From the NCBI GenBank assembly GCA_963777505.1, contig CAVZQN010000005.1:1-64000 (forward strand): a DNA stretch of 64,000 nucleotides, written 5' to 3'. The notes under the pieces were generated by a model. That model was not told where the DNA came from and did not search any database. It worked only from the letters and a program-made list of their open reading frames with translations. A program made the translations under genes and the position numbers. This document shows, in pieces, positions 52,219 to 60,122 of this stretch (position 1 is its first letter; every line of letters begins with the position of its first letter). This DNA comes from an uncultured bacterium (GTDB lineage: Bacteria > Acidobacteriota > HRBIN11 > JAKEFK01).

Positions 52219-53607
52219 ATGGCTGAATTAAATCAAAAGATTGAGCAGTTCAAAGGAAAAATCAAAGGCAGGACTGTACTACCGGAGGACTCGGATTATA
52301 ACGACATTCGAAAGATTTGGAATGCAATGATCGATCGGCGTCCCGCAGTCATTGTGCGATGTGGCGGCGCCGAAGATGTTCAACAGGCAATTGCCTTTGC
52401 GAAAGAGAACAGACTTGACTTGACCGTTCGTGGAGCCGGTCACAACATTGCAGGAAATGCAGTTTCGGACAACGGCCTTATGATCGATCTTTCAACTCTA
52501 AAAAATGTCAGAGTGGATTCAACGAAGAGGCGTGCGTATGTCGATCCGGGAGCAACACTTCGCGATTTTGATGAAGCGGTTCAGGCTCACGGACTGGCTA
52601 CGCCTGTCGGTATTAATTCCACAACAGGGATTGCAGGTTTAACACTTGGCGGTGGATTCGGCTGGCTTACTCGCAAGCATGGATTTACGATCGATAATCT
52701 CATTTCTGCAGAAGTAATCACAGCGGACGGTCAAAAGAGACAGGCGAGTGAAACAGAAAACGCAGATCTGTTCTGGGCTCTTCGTGGTGGTGGCGGGAAT
52801 TTCGGAGTTGTAACTCAATTCGAATTGGGACTTCATCCTGTCGGTCCGGAAATTCTGGCCGGTCTCCTCGTTTTTCCTTTCGATCAAGCAAAACAAGTCT
52901 TGTCGAACTATCGAGAATTCATGAAATCCGCACCGGAAGATTTAAATGTTTGGGTCGTGATGCGTCAAGCCCCTCCGCTGCCTTTTCTTCCTGAAAATGT
53001 ACATGGAAAAGAAGTTGTTGTGCTGGCAGTGTTTTATCGAGGCGATTCTGCCGCGGGCCAAAAACTGATCGACGGTATTCGAGCGTTCGGAACTCTGCAC
53101 GGTGAACACGTTGGAACACAACCCTATGCACAATGGCAGCAAGCCTTTGATCCTTTGCTGACACCCGGTGCCAGAAATTATTGGAAATCACATAATTTTA
53201 CCGACCTCAGTGATGGCGCCTTCGATACCATGATTGATTACGCTGGAAAACTGCCATCTCCCCAATGTGAAATTTTTGTTGCTTGTGTATCAGGCGCCGC
53301 GAATCGCGTTTCGCCTGATGCAATGGCATATCGTTACCGCGACGCAAAGTTCATTCTCAACGTTCACGGGCGATGGGAAACTGCAGCGGATGATCAGAAA
53401 ATCATCGGTTGGGCTCGTGAATTTTTTAAAGCCTCCGCCCCTTTTGCGTCCGCCGGTGCATATGTGAACTTCATGACTGAAGATGAAGGTGAACGCGTTT
53501 CAGCAGTGTATGGGCCAAACTATAAACGGCTGGCGGAAATAAAACAGAAGTACGATCCGGACAACTTGTTTCATTTCAATCAGAACATTCGTCCGAATAG
53601 GACTTAA
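52219..53607 (+). CDS. FAD-binding oxidoreductase, berberine-bridge / 6-HDNO family
   Basis: RGAGHN, GLTLGGGFG, LFWALRGGGGNFG, YVNF, KYDPDNLF. Confidence 0.95.
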   Translation: MAELNQKIEQFKGKIKGRTVLPEDSDYNDIRKIWNAMIDRRPAVIVRCGGAEDVQQAIAFAKENRLDLTVRGAGHNIAGNAVSDNGLMIDLSTLKNVRVDSTKRRAYVDPGATLRDFDEAVQAHGLATPVGINSTTGIAGLTLGGGFGWLTRKHGFTIDNLISAEVITADGQKRQASETENADLFWALRGGGGNFGVVTQFELGLHPVGPEILAGLLVFPFDQAKQVLSNYREFMKSAPEDLNVWVVMRQAPPLPFLPENVHGKEVVVLAVFYRGDSAAGQKLIDGIRAFGTLHGEHVGTQPYAQWQQAFDPLLTPGARNYWKSHNFTDLSDGAFDTMIDYAGKLPSPQCEIFVACVSGAANRVSPDAMAYRYRDAKFILNVHGRWETAADDQKIIGWAREFFKASAPFASAGAYVNFMTEDEGERVSAVYGPNYKRLAEIKQKYDPDNLFHFNQNIRPNRT

Positions 53608-53633
53608 TGCTAACTTTGGTTATCATATGGGAC

Positions 53634-53657
53634 ATAGTACTATATGTATAGTACTAT
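53634..53657. repeat. Tandem ATAGTACTAT palindromes, copy 2
   Basis: ATAGTACTAT-ATGT-ATAGTACTAT. Confidence 0.75.
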
Positions 53658-53709
53658 TCACTGTAAACAGATTTCCATGACAGCGGTACTTTGGATTTTC
53701 TAGAAGGCC

Positions 53710-53736
53710 GGATGGAGAATGAATGATTCTCCATCC
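53710..53736. terminator. Hairpin between convergent genes, possible terminator
   Basis: GGATGGAGAAT-GAATG-ATTCTCCATCC; no clear U-tract. Confidence 0.45.
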
Positions 53737-53762
53737 TGAATGTTCATGATAATTCTCTTGCC

Positions 53763-54116
53763 TTAAACTTCAGTGCTGTTCGGAAGGTGAATGCTTAATC
53801 CAGCGACTTTATTGGAATCGACCGTAAAGTGAAAATCCAATACGAGTGGATCAGGTAGGCCTGTTTTATCGAAGGTGCCATCTACCCTGGCGGTTACAAT
53901 GGTCTTTCCACTCTGCTCAACAGATTTGATTGGTTCAAGCGTGACTTTTGCGCCGATTATTTTTTCGTCGCTCCATTTTTTGATTTCGCCTATTCCACGA
54001 TAGTCATGGCCTTCATCATTGATGACGGCGGTTTCAGTCAAGGTGCCAAGAAAGGCCTCGGTGTTGTGCTGATTGGTTGCGTCTATGAAAGCTACGATTG
54101 GATTTGGTATCTTCAT
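53763..54116 (-). CDS. SnoaL-like protein
   Basis: FIDATNQHN...A.I.DEG..YRG...I..W, V.G.FD...LP; AAGGAG RBS. Confidence 0.85.
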   Translation of the reverse strand: MKIPNPIVAFIDATNQHNTEAFLGTLTETAVINDEGHDYRGIGEIKKWSDEKIIGAKVTLEPIKSVEQSGKTIVTARVDGTFDKTGLPDPLVLDFHFTVDSNKVAGLSIHLPNSTEV

Positions 54117-54261
54117 TGTTATACTCCTTTTTACTTTTCCAAAATCAATTATTGTTTGGCGGCTGAGTTTCATCAATACGGAAAATGAAATCCAATACGG
54201 ATAAATTAATCCCTATGGTGTATTACAATGATTGATAGAACATTCTTCTGAGTTTTGGGTT

Positions 54262-54612
54262 ATGTACCAGCGAAAGAATCCGATTAAACTGAATTGTGGA
54301 CTCGATCTTGTCAGGGAAGTGATCTATGGCAAGTGGAAAATTCACCTGATCTATTTCATTTCACAAGGTGTAAAGCGTCCGGGCGATCTACAAAGACGTA
54401 TCCCGGGAGCCACGCGAAGAGTATTAAACGTTCAATTGAATCAACTGGAACAACACGGGCTTGTTGCCAAGAAAATATATGCGGAGCTGCCGCCAAGAGT
54501 TGAATATGCTTTGACTGTATTAGGGCGCACCGTTCTGCCAGTCATTAATGCATTAGGGAAATGGGGAGATGATCATCAGGAAGAATTACGCCGCGTAATT
54601 TCCGGTTCATAG
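54262..54612 (+). CDS. HxlR family winged-helix regulator
   Basis: GKWK, LNVQLNQLE..GLV, YAELPPRVEYALT. Confidence 0.93.
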   Translation: MYQRKNPIKLNCGLDLVREVIYGKWKIHLIYFISQGVKRPGDLQRRIPGATRRVLNVQLNQLEQHGLVAKKIYAELPPRVEYALTVLGRTVLPVINALGKWGDDHQEELRRVISGS

Positions 54613-54622
54613 TAGATTTCAA

Positions 54623-55162
54623 TTATGGATTCTTGGAACGTAATTTGTTGTAAAGTGCCTGGGAATTGGGATCGACAAAATAGTTATCATGTTGCATACA
54701 AATTTCGGCAAATTCTTCTTCACTGACTTTACGACCTGCAGCAATTTCAGCGAGTGCTTGAAAATATCCTTCGCGTGGTGCGCCGGGTGCGAAAAGAATC
54801 AGCATTGATGCCGGCTCATCAGACTCATTTCCGAACCCGTGTAATCCACCTTCAGGCACGTAAAGAAAATCTCCGGCAGTTGCATCGATCCAGCGTTCTC
54901 CATTAAACATTCGCACTCTTCCTGATAGCACGAAGAAGGATTCCGACATCGTTCTGTGAAAGTGTGGATTCGCTCCTGGTGTATTCGGTTTCACTTCCCA
55001 TTTATACAATCCGAATTGTCCGTGCGTGGATTCGCCACTAGCTAAGTAACTTATAACTGCACGTGAACCAATTTTCAGATCCGGTTCATGATCGTGTGCA
55101 GGACGGAAAATTGCACTAATCTGCCCGTCATCATCTAAATAGCGCGGATCAGGATATGACAT
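54623..55162 (-). CDS. Cupin domain protein
   Basis: PHFHRTMSESFFVLSG, GDFLYVPEGGLHGF. Confidence 0.9.
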   Translation of the reverse strand: MSYPDPRYLDDDGQISAIFRPAHDHEPDLKIGSRAVISYLASGESTHGQFGLYKWEVKPNTPGANPHFHRTMSESFFVLSGRVRMFNGERWIDATAGDFLYVPEGGLHGFGNESDEPASMLILFAPGAPREGYFQALAEIAAGRKVSEEEFAEICMQHDNYFVDPNSQALYNKLRSKNP

Positions 55163-55264
55163 GGATGGCTCCTTTTTTTGATTATTGAATATCGTCACTT
55201 AAAGAATATCCAGACCTGCCTATACTGCAACTTTTGTTACACGAAAAATGACGGTGTTGGCTAG

Positions 55265-55300
55265 ATAATACTATAAATATAGTACTATATCTATAGTGAT
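55265..55300. repeat. Tandem ATAGTACTAT palindromes, copy 3
   Basis: ATAATACTAT-AAAT-ATAGTACTAT-ATCT-ATAGTGAT. Confidence 0.7.
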
Positions 55301-55303
55301 TCG

Positions 55304-56290
55304 CTAGCCTTTTGCTGAATACCAGTCCAACACCCGTAACGCTCGCAGCGTGTTCCACCGGCTCGGCCGGCCTTCGCCTTCGTCCACCTCAATTGGCATC
55401 GTTCCAGGGTGCTGGTTCTCGAGCGGCCACAGACCGTTGGTGTCGCGCTTCGACTCGACCAGCTCAATTGCCTCGGCTACGCGCTCGTCCGGCGTGACGT
55501 CGGCCCTGCGTAGGTACTCAAGTGCACGAAGCACGTCGTAGTGCCACCAGGTCGGGAAGGAGAAGCGCATCCAGGCTGGATCAATGATCTCACCGGTCGT
55601 CTGCCGCCGGAGGAGTCGGCGTTGGAGGAGGTACTCCTGGCCGCGGAGGCGAGCCTCGATCACCTCGATGCTGCGACCGCCGGCTAGTTCGTATTCAAGC
55701 AAAGCTTCCAGCACGCAGATCGTGGTGTTAAATGATGACCGCGTCGAGCCATTGGCGGACTCGCAGTTCCAGCCGCCGTCGAGTAGTTGCTCGCTGAGCA
55801 GGCGGTCGATGATCCGCTTAACGTCTTGCCTGAAGTACGCACCGCTCGCCGCCACCTGGCCATTGATGCATGGCTCAACCTCGCCTGCGAAGAATGGTGT
55901 GCCGCTAAATTCCACACCCCGCCACGTGCCATCCCAGTCCCAACCTCGCCATGTCACGTGGTCGCGAACCGAGCTCATTGCATGACGCGCCTCGTCGCTC
56001 GCAGGATCGAGACCGAATTCTCGCAACAACATCAGGACGTGCATTGTGGAGTCCCACCCATGGTTCCACGCCGCGCCGGCCCACGATCCGTCGGTTCCCT
56101 GAAGTGCGAGCAGCCTTGCGCCTTTTCCCTCGGTGGCGACTCGTCTGCGCTCGCCTGCGACCTCCTCCGCCGGTGCACCGATCAAGTCTTGCATCGTCTG
56201 CCAACGGATCGAAGGGTCAGAATCAAGAAGCCACTGGATGACAGATTTGTTTAGCTTGGAAGCTTGTCGTTTAGGTGCGTTGGTAGACAT
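55304..56290 (-). CDS. Prenyltransferase/squalene-cyclase-repeat-like conserved protein
   Basis: WLLDSDPSIRWQ, QxxDGSW, EPCING, DGGWNCE, PSRWNTLRALRVL; visibly high GC. Confidence 0.8.
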   Translation of the reverse strand: MSTNAPKRQASKLNKSVIQWLLDSDPSIRWQTMQDLIGAPAEEVAGERRRVATEGKGARLLALQGTDGSWAGAAWNHGWDSTMHVLMLLREFGLDPASDEARHAMSSVRDHVTWRGWDWDGTWRGVEFSGTPFFAGEVEPCINGQVAASGAYFRQDVKRIIDRLLSEQLLDGGWNCESANGSTRSSFNTTICVLEALLEYELAGGRSIEVIEARLRGQEYLLQRRLLRRQTTGEIIDPAWMRFSFPTWWHYDVLRALEYLRRADVTPDERVAEAIELVESKRDTNGLWPLENQHPGTMPIEVDEGEGRPSRWNTLRALRVLDWYSAKG

Positions 56291-56299
56291 TTGCTGCGT

Positions 56300-56716
56300 T
56301 TACGAACGAACATTCACAATAGTTGCCTGCATGATCGCAATCAATTTAGAGTCCGCTCCCACAAAAGCTCGGACTTCTCCTGTGCAAATAGTGAGAAGCT
56401 TGCCCGAACTTTGTACCTTCCCGATTGCTAAGAATCTTTCGCCAATCGCAGGTCGCACGAAGTTGATCTTGAACTCGGCTGTGACAACCTCGCACTCGGG
56501 CGGCGCCTTAGTCAGCGCTGCATATCCACATGCACTGTCAACAATACTGGTTATTGCGCCTGCATGAACATAGCCGTGCTGTTGGGAAAGGTGTTCGGAA
56601 AATGGCAATAATATTTGAACCTCACCATCTTCTACCGTCAGGAGGTGCGCGCCGAGGGTTGTCATCAGACGCTGTGATTTGAAGCTGATTGCAATTCGTT
56701 CGTGGTTGTCATTCAT
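56300..56716 (-). CDS. PaaI family hotdog thioesterase
   Basis: QQHGYVHAG...DSACGYAA, EFKINF. Confidence 0.93.
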   Translation of the reverse strand: MNDNHERIAISFKSQRLMTTLGAHLLTVEDGEVQILLPFSEHLSQQHGYVHAGAITSIVDSACGYAALTKAPPECEVVTAEFKINFVRPAIGERFLAIGKVQSSGKLLTICTGEVRAFVGADSKLIAIMQATIVNVRS

Positions 56717-56847
56717 GATTTCATGACGTTCATTCAATCGGATTAGCCAACTAGCACATAGTATCGTAGCCGCTGCGGATATCACAATATTTCATGAGGG
56801 CTTTTCCCCATAATTGGTGCGTTAGTAAGTGGAGGAAGTTTTGTGAG

Positions 56848-57150
56848 ATGGAATCACTTATGGACATTTATCAAAAACAAAAGCAATACGAGGCGGCCCT
56901 AACACGTTACAACAATACTCTGGAAAAGTTTGCGTATGACACAAATGCTCTCGTGAATCGTGGCGAGACGCTTCTGAGACTTGGCCGATTTCAAGAGGCT
57001 GAAGAAGATTTTCAACAAGCCATTCAGCTCGATCCAAAAGGAAAAGATCCGGCTGGAAATCGTGCCCGTGTGCTCGTAAGCATAGTTCAAGAGGCTATAA
57101 CGCTCGCGAAAGAAGAAGGGATTGAGACCTTAGATCAAGCAAAAAAGTGA
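56848..57150 (+). CDS. Short TPR protein, N-terminally truncated paralog of the 6212-6661 chaperone-like protein
   Basis: NRGETLLRLGRFQEAEEDFQQAIQLDP...PAGNRAR vs NRGEIYLKLGRFQEAAEDFKHAIQLDP...PAANRAR; GGAGG RBS. Confidence 0.8.
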   Translation: MESLMDIYQKQKQYEAALTRYNNTLEKFAYDTNALVNRGETLLRLGRFQEAEEDFQQAIQLDPKGKDPAGNRARVLVSIVQEAITLAKEEGIETLDQAKK

Positions 57151-57154
57151 CTGG

Positions 57155-57709
57155 TCAGATAGCGTAATAGAGCATCACATTTCCATTGTTGAAGGTTCGC
57201 GTCTTTGTAAGCTTCAGTGGCAACTTTTCCGTAACACCTTCGAACAGTGTCCTGCCCTGGCCAAGAACGATTGGAATCAGCGCAAAATGATATTCATCGA
57301 TTAAACGCTCTTGCGATAATTGCGAAACAATTGTGCCGCTTCCAAGAATAGTGATGTCGTCGTTGAGCTCTTTTTTCAGTTTTCGTACCTCGTCAGCCAA
57401 TCCTTCCTTCACAAGTCTCGTATTGTTCCACGTTACCTTATTCAAGGTTTTCGAAAACACAATTTTCGGCATTTGATTCATGCCCTCTGCTGTAACTGGA
57501 TCATTTTTCATCGCATGAGAGGTTGGCCAATAGCTTGCCATCAGCTCATATGTAATCCTGCCAAACAAGAGAGTGCCCTCACCGCTTGCATTTTGCGAAG
57601 CAAATTCGTTCCACTCGGGATCGGATTTGTGAGCCCAACTCATATCATTATTTTTATCTGTAAAATATCCGTCAAGCGTCACACTATCGAAAACAACTAA
57701 TTTCGCCAT
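57155..57709 (-). CDS. Dihydrofolate reductase / RibD C-terminal family protein
   Basis: TLDGY, LLFGRITY, KIVFSKTL, GSGTIV, P.VLGQG..LF. Confidence 0.93.
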   Translation of the reverse strand: MAKLVVFDSVTLDGYFTDKNNDMSWAHKSDPEWNEFASQNASGEGTLLFGRITYELMASYWPTSHAMKNDPVTAEGMNQMPKIVFSKTLNKVTWNNTRLVKEGLADEVRKLKKELNDDITILGSGTIVSQLSQERLIDEYHFALIPIVLGQGRTLFEGVTEKLPLKLTKTRTFNNGNVMLYYAI

Positions 57710-57728
57710 GGGATTCTCCAGTCCAGTA

Positions 57729-57755
57729 CGTTCGGGTCTTAGACCCACGCGCTAC
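57729..57755 (-). repeat. Degenerate GTAG-type REP
   Basis: Minus strand GTAGCGCGTGGGTCTAAGACCCGAACG, inside an operon spacer. Confidence 0.6.
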
Positions 57756-57756
57756 G

Positions 57757-58134
57757 CTACTTTGCCGATTCATCCGCCTGGAAGATTCCAAACGTGTTTC
57801 CTTCCGTATCCAGAAAATATCCTTGCCAGCAAACGCCAGGTACTGCAAACTTTGGCAGCGCAACTTGACCACCGGCACCTAAGATTTTTTTTGCTGTTGC
57901 GTCAAAATTATCCATTTCGATCGAACAAACGAATGCGTTTGTTCCACACTCCGTCGGTGGAGTTTTCGCAGGACGTTTGAGTAATCCACCTCTTGTACCA
58001 CCTGTTTCTATGCGCCAGTATTCAACAGGTAATCCTTCTGCTTTTTCAAACTTCCAATCGAAGATTTGTTTATAAAAATTAGTTGCTCGACCTGGATCGT
58101 CAGCTTGTATTTCGAAATAAAGATGTCCATTCAT
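57757..58134 (-). CDS. VOC/glyoxalase family protein
   Basis: YFEI.ADD..RA..FY, GG.L.R, DTEGNTFG. Confidence 0.93.
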   Translation of the reverse strand: MNGHLYFEIQADDPGRATNFYKQIFDWKFEKAEGLPVEYWRIETGGTRGGLLKRPAKTPPTECGTNAFVCSIEMDNFDATAKKILGAGGQVALPKFAVPGVCWQGYFLDTEGNTFGIFQADESAK

Positions 58135-58144
58135 ATAATTATCC

Positions 58145-58423
58145 TCACTTTTTCACTCGATATTTTTGTGGTTTTGAAGAAGTACGTTCGATTATTTTTC
58201 TGGCCTCCAAATCAAGTTTGACTGTTTCTGCATACCAGCTAATATTTTGCTCGAACGTTTCTTTCAAATCCTTGTTGATCCTCTTCATGAGTTCTGTATG
58301 AGTCAAATCTTCTTTTCTCAACGTCTTTAAAATGGCTTTTTTCATCGTTTCATAATTTTTGACACTGATGTTTCGTCCCGTTTTACCCTGAGGGTGTTTT
58401 GTTAATATTTTTTCTTCTGCCAT
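58145..58423 (-). CDS. Small conserved hypothetical protein (DUF6958-like)
   Basis: HPQGKTG, SWY..TVKLDLEAR; GAGG RBS. Confidence 0.8.
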   Translation of the reverse strand: MAEEKILTKHPQGKTGRNISVKNYETMKKAILKTLRKEDLTHTELMKRINKDLKETFEQNISWYAETVKLDLEARKIIERTSSKPQKYRVKK

Positions 58424-58467
58424 GTTATTTCCTCATGCTTTCGTTGAGTTTTTTAAGCCCTCAATAA

Positions 58468-58496
58468 TAGTCGTCTGAGGGAGCTCGAAATCGACA
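58468..58496 (-). promoter_or_regulatory. ECF42-type promoter
   Basis: TGTCGA-TTTCGAGCTCCCTCAGA-CGACTA upstream of the hypothetical-VOC-RibD operon. Confidence 0.75.
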
Positions 58497-58605
58497 AAGT
58501 TGAATTAGAAGAGAACTAAAAAAGGATGGACTATTTAATTATAGGCGCTAATGTGGTTGCGGATCGCTTCAATCGTTTGATCTTAGCATGCTTACACTGC
58601 TGAGA

Positions 58606-60045
58606 TCAGCGAATGCTTTCGTCGACCTTCATGATGGTCTGTCTTGCCGAGCGTTTATCGTCACGAAATTTTGCGGAGTTGGCGAGTTCCGCTAAGGCTT
58701 CTGCGAGTTGAACATTATCAGGGCGAAGAGCTAACGCATTCAACATATCCTGGCGAATGCTTTCATTGAGTTTTTCAAACCCGGGCGCTGATGCAAGTTT
58801 CATCAAATTATTTATTTTGACGGAGTCCAGTTTTACATCTTGAAACATGTGAGGAACACTTGTGAGAATCTGATCCCGAACGCCAAGTGAAACGTCCTGG
58901 AGTTTGGGCGTCATCATCAATTCCATTAAATTATCAACGGCTCCAAAGTCTCGCGGCGGATAGTTGCGTACATGATTCAACATTTCCTCTTGCAACGGTT
59001 GCGGCATGTTGCGGAAGTTCTGACTGTTTGTAGCGTGACGTAAAGTGTCGCCAAGTACAGCATTATCCGGGTTCTGAATGTGAGAACGAATTAGAAAATC
59101 GCGAGTCTTTTTCGGAAGTTCAGCAAACTTCTGCGTTTCAGTAATTAAGTCTTCAAGATTTTCGATTTTGTTAGAATTGCCGCCGTAGCGTTCAAAGCGT
59201 TTCAACAATAAATCCTGTGTAGGTGGATCTAAGTCGCGGAAGTTCGGACTTCCAGCAATCTGAAGCAAATTATTTCCAACAGTCGAATCCCCTGGACGCG
59301 CCGCGAGAATTTTTAACATATGATCCTTGCTCTGCGGCGATAGACGATCAAAACCTGGTTCTGCAACAAGGTTTTTCAGAAGAGTAACGTTACCAGCCGT
59401 TGATGGACTTCCTGCATAACTCAAAACCTGATTTAGCATTTTTGTTTGTCCTGGCTCACCAAGACTTTTGAAGCCAGAACTACGAAGCAATTCGATGACA
59501 TTATTATTAAGTGCGGTATTTTTAGGTTGCTTACCTAAAATATCAAGCGCAAGCGTTAATCGTTTTTGAGTTTCAATGCCGGCTTTTCCATCTGGATTCA
59601 GACCTGTAGCACCCTGGAACTTTTCGATCGCCTCTTTTGTGTCTTGATCCATAGTCCCGCTGGTATTGATTGCACCTTGACCGTTTTCCATTCGCCATTT
59701 ATTCAAGGATTCCTGCAGCGATTTAATCTCAGCAGGTGTTGAGGGTATCTTGATTGCCCCAACTTGTGTATTTGCCGGAGCCGCAAAAACAGAATTTGAA
59801 GATGCCGAAAATTGAATGCTCCTCAGGTTCATCTCTTGAACCTGACCTCTGATTTTCATTTCTGAAACTTTTGCTGTGCTTGAACTCTTTTCTGTCCTTG
59901 GGTTTCCATCTGATGGTGTGCCGGTTTCTTTCGGTTGCGGCGATGGTTCTTCTTTTTGAACAGCAGGCGCTTCGATTTCGGCAGACTGTGGCACCGTCTG
60001 TAATCCAATAGAAGAACCGCCGATTTTAGGATCTCCAATACCCAT
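58606..60045 (-). CDS. Leader-motif protein with PG_binding_1 domain and ~35 aa helical repeats
   Basis: GGAGGA RBS then MGIGDPKIGG; IKSLQESLNKW...SGTMDQDTKEAIEKFQGATGLNPDGKAG; F..L....Q..L repeats. Confidence 0.85.
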   Translation of the reverse strand: MGIGDPKIGGSSIGLQTVPQSAEIEAPAVQKEEPSPQPKETGTPSDGNPRTEKSSSTAKVSEMKIRGQVQEMNLRSIQFSASSNSVFAAPANTQVGAIKIPSTPAEIKSLQESLNKWRMENGQGAINTSGTMDQDTKEAIEKFQGATGLNPDGKAGIETQKRLTLALDILGKQPKNTALNNNVIELLRSSGFKSLGEPGQTKMLNQVLSYAGSPSTAGNVTLLKNLVAEPGFDRLSPQSKDHMLKILAARPGDSTVGNNLLQIAGSPNFRDLDPPTQDLLLKRFERYGGNSNKIENLEDLITETQKFAELPKKTRDFLIRSHIQNPDNAVLGDTLRHATNSQNFRNMPQPLQEEMLNHVRNYPPRDFGAVDNLMELMMTPKLQDVSLGVRDQILTSVPHMFQDVKLDSVKINNLMKLASAPGFEKLNESIRQDMLNALALRPDNVQLAEALAELANSAKFRDDKRSARQTIMKVDESIR

Positions 60046-60077
60046 TCTCATTCCTCCGATTAATAGCTCTTTAACCA

Positions 60078-60102
60078 AGACGTACGACGGGATCAGAGAA
60101 CG
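60078..60102 (-). promoter_or_regulatory. CGTTC-N15-CGTCT promoter motif, copy 5
   Basis: Minus strand CGTTCTC-TGATCCCGTC-GTACGTCT. Confidence 0.7.
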
Positions 60103-60122
60103 GGTTAAAATAGATCCTCTTT

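Noticed and set aside
55312-56567. Stack of alternative ORFs
   Set aside because: Result of high GC and few stop codons; only 55304-56290 and the PaaI gene have family motifs.
56800-56824. Sixth CGTTC-N15-CGTCT copy upstream of the short TPR gene (GCTTTTC-N10-GTGCGTTA)
   Set aside because: Both halves deviate; too degenerate to count without a PWM score.
60046-60078. TTG start at 60078 for the PG-binding protein
   Set aside because: It overlaps the promoter motif; GGAGGA at 60057-60052 supports ATG 60045.
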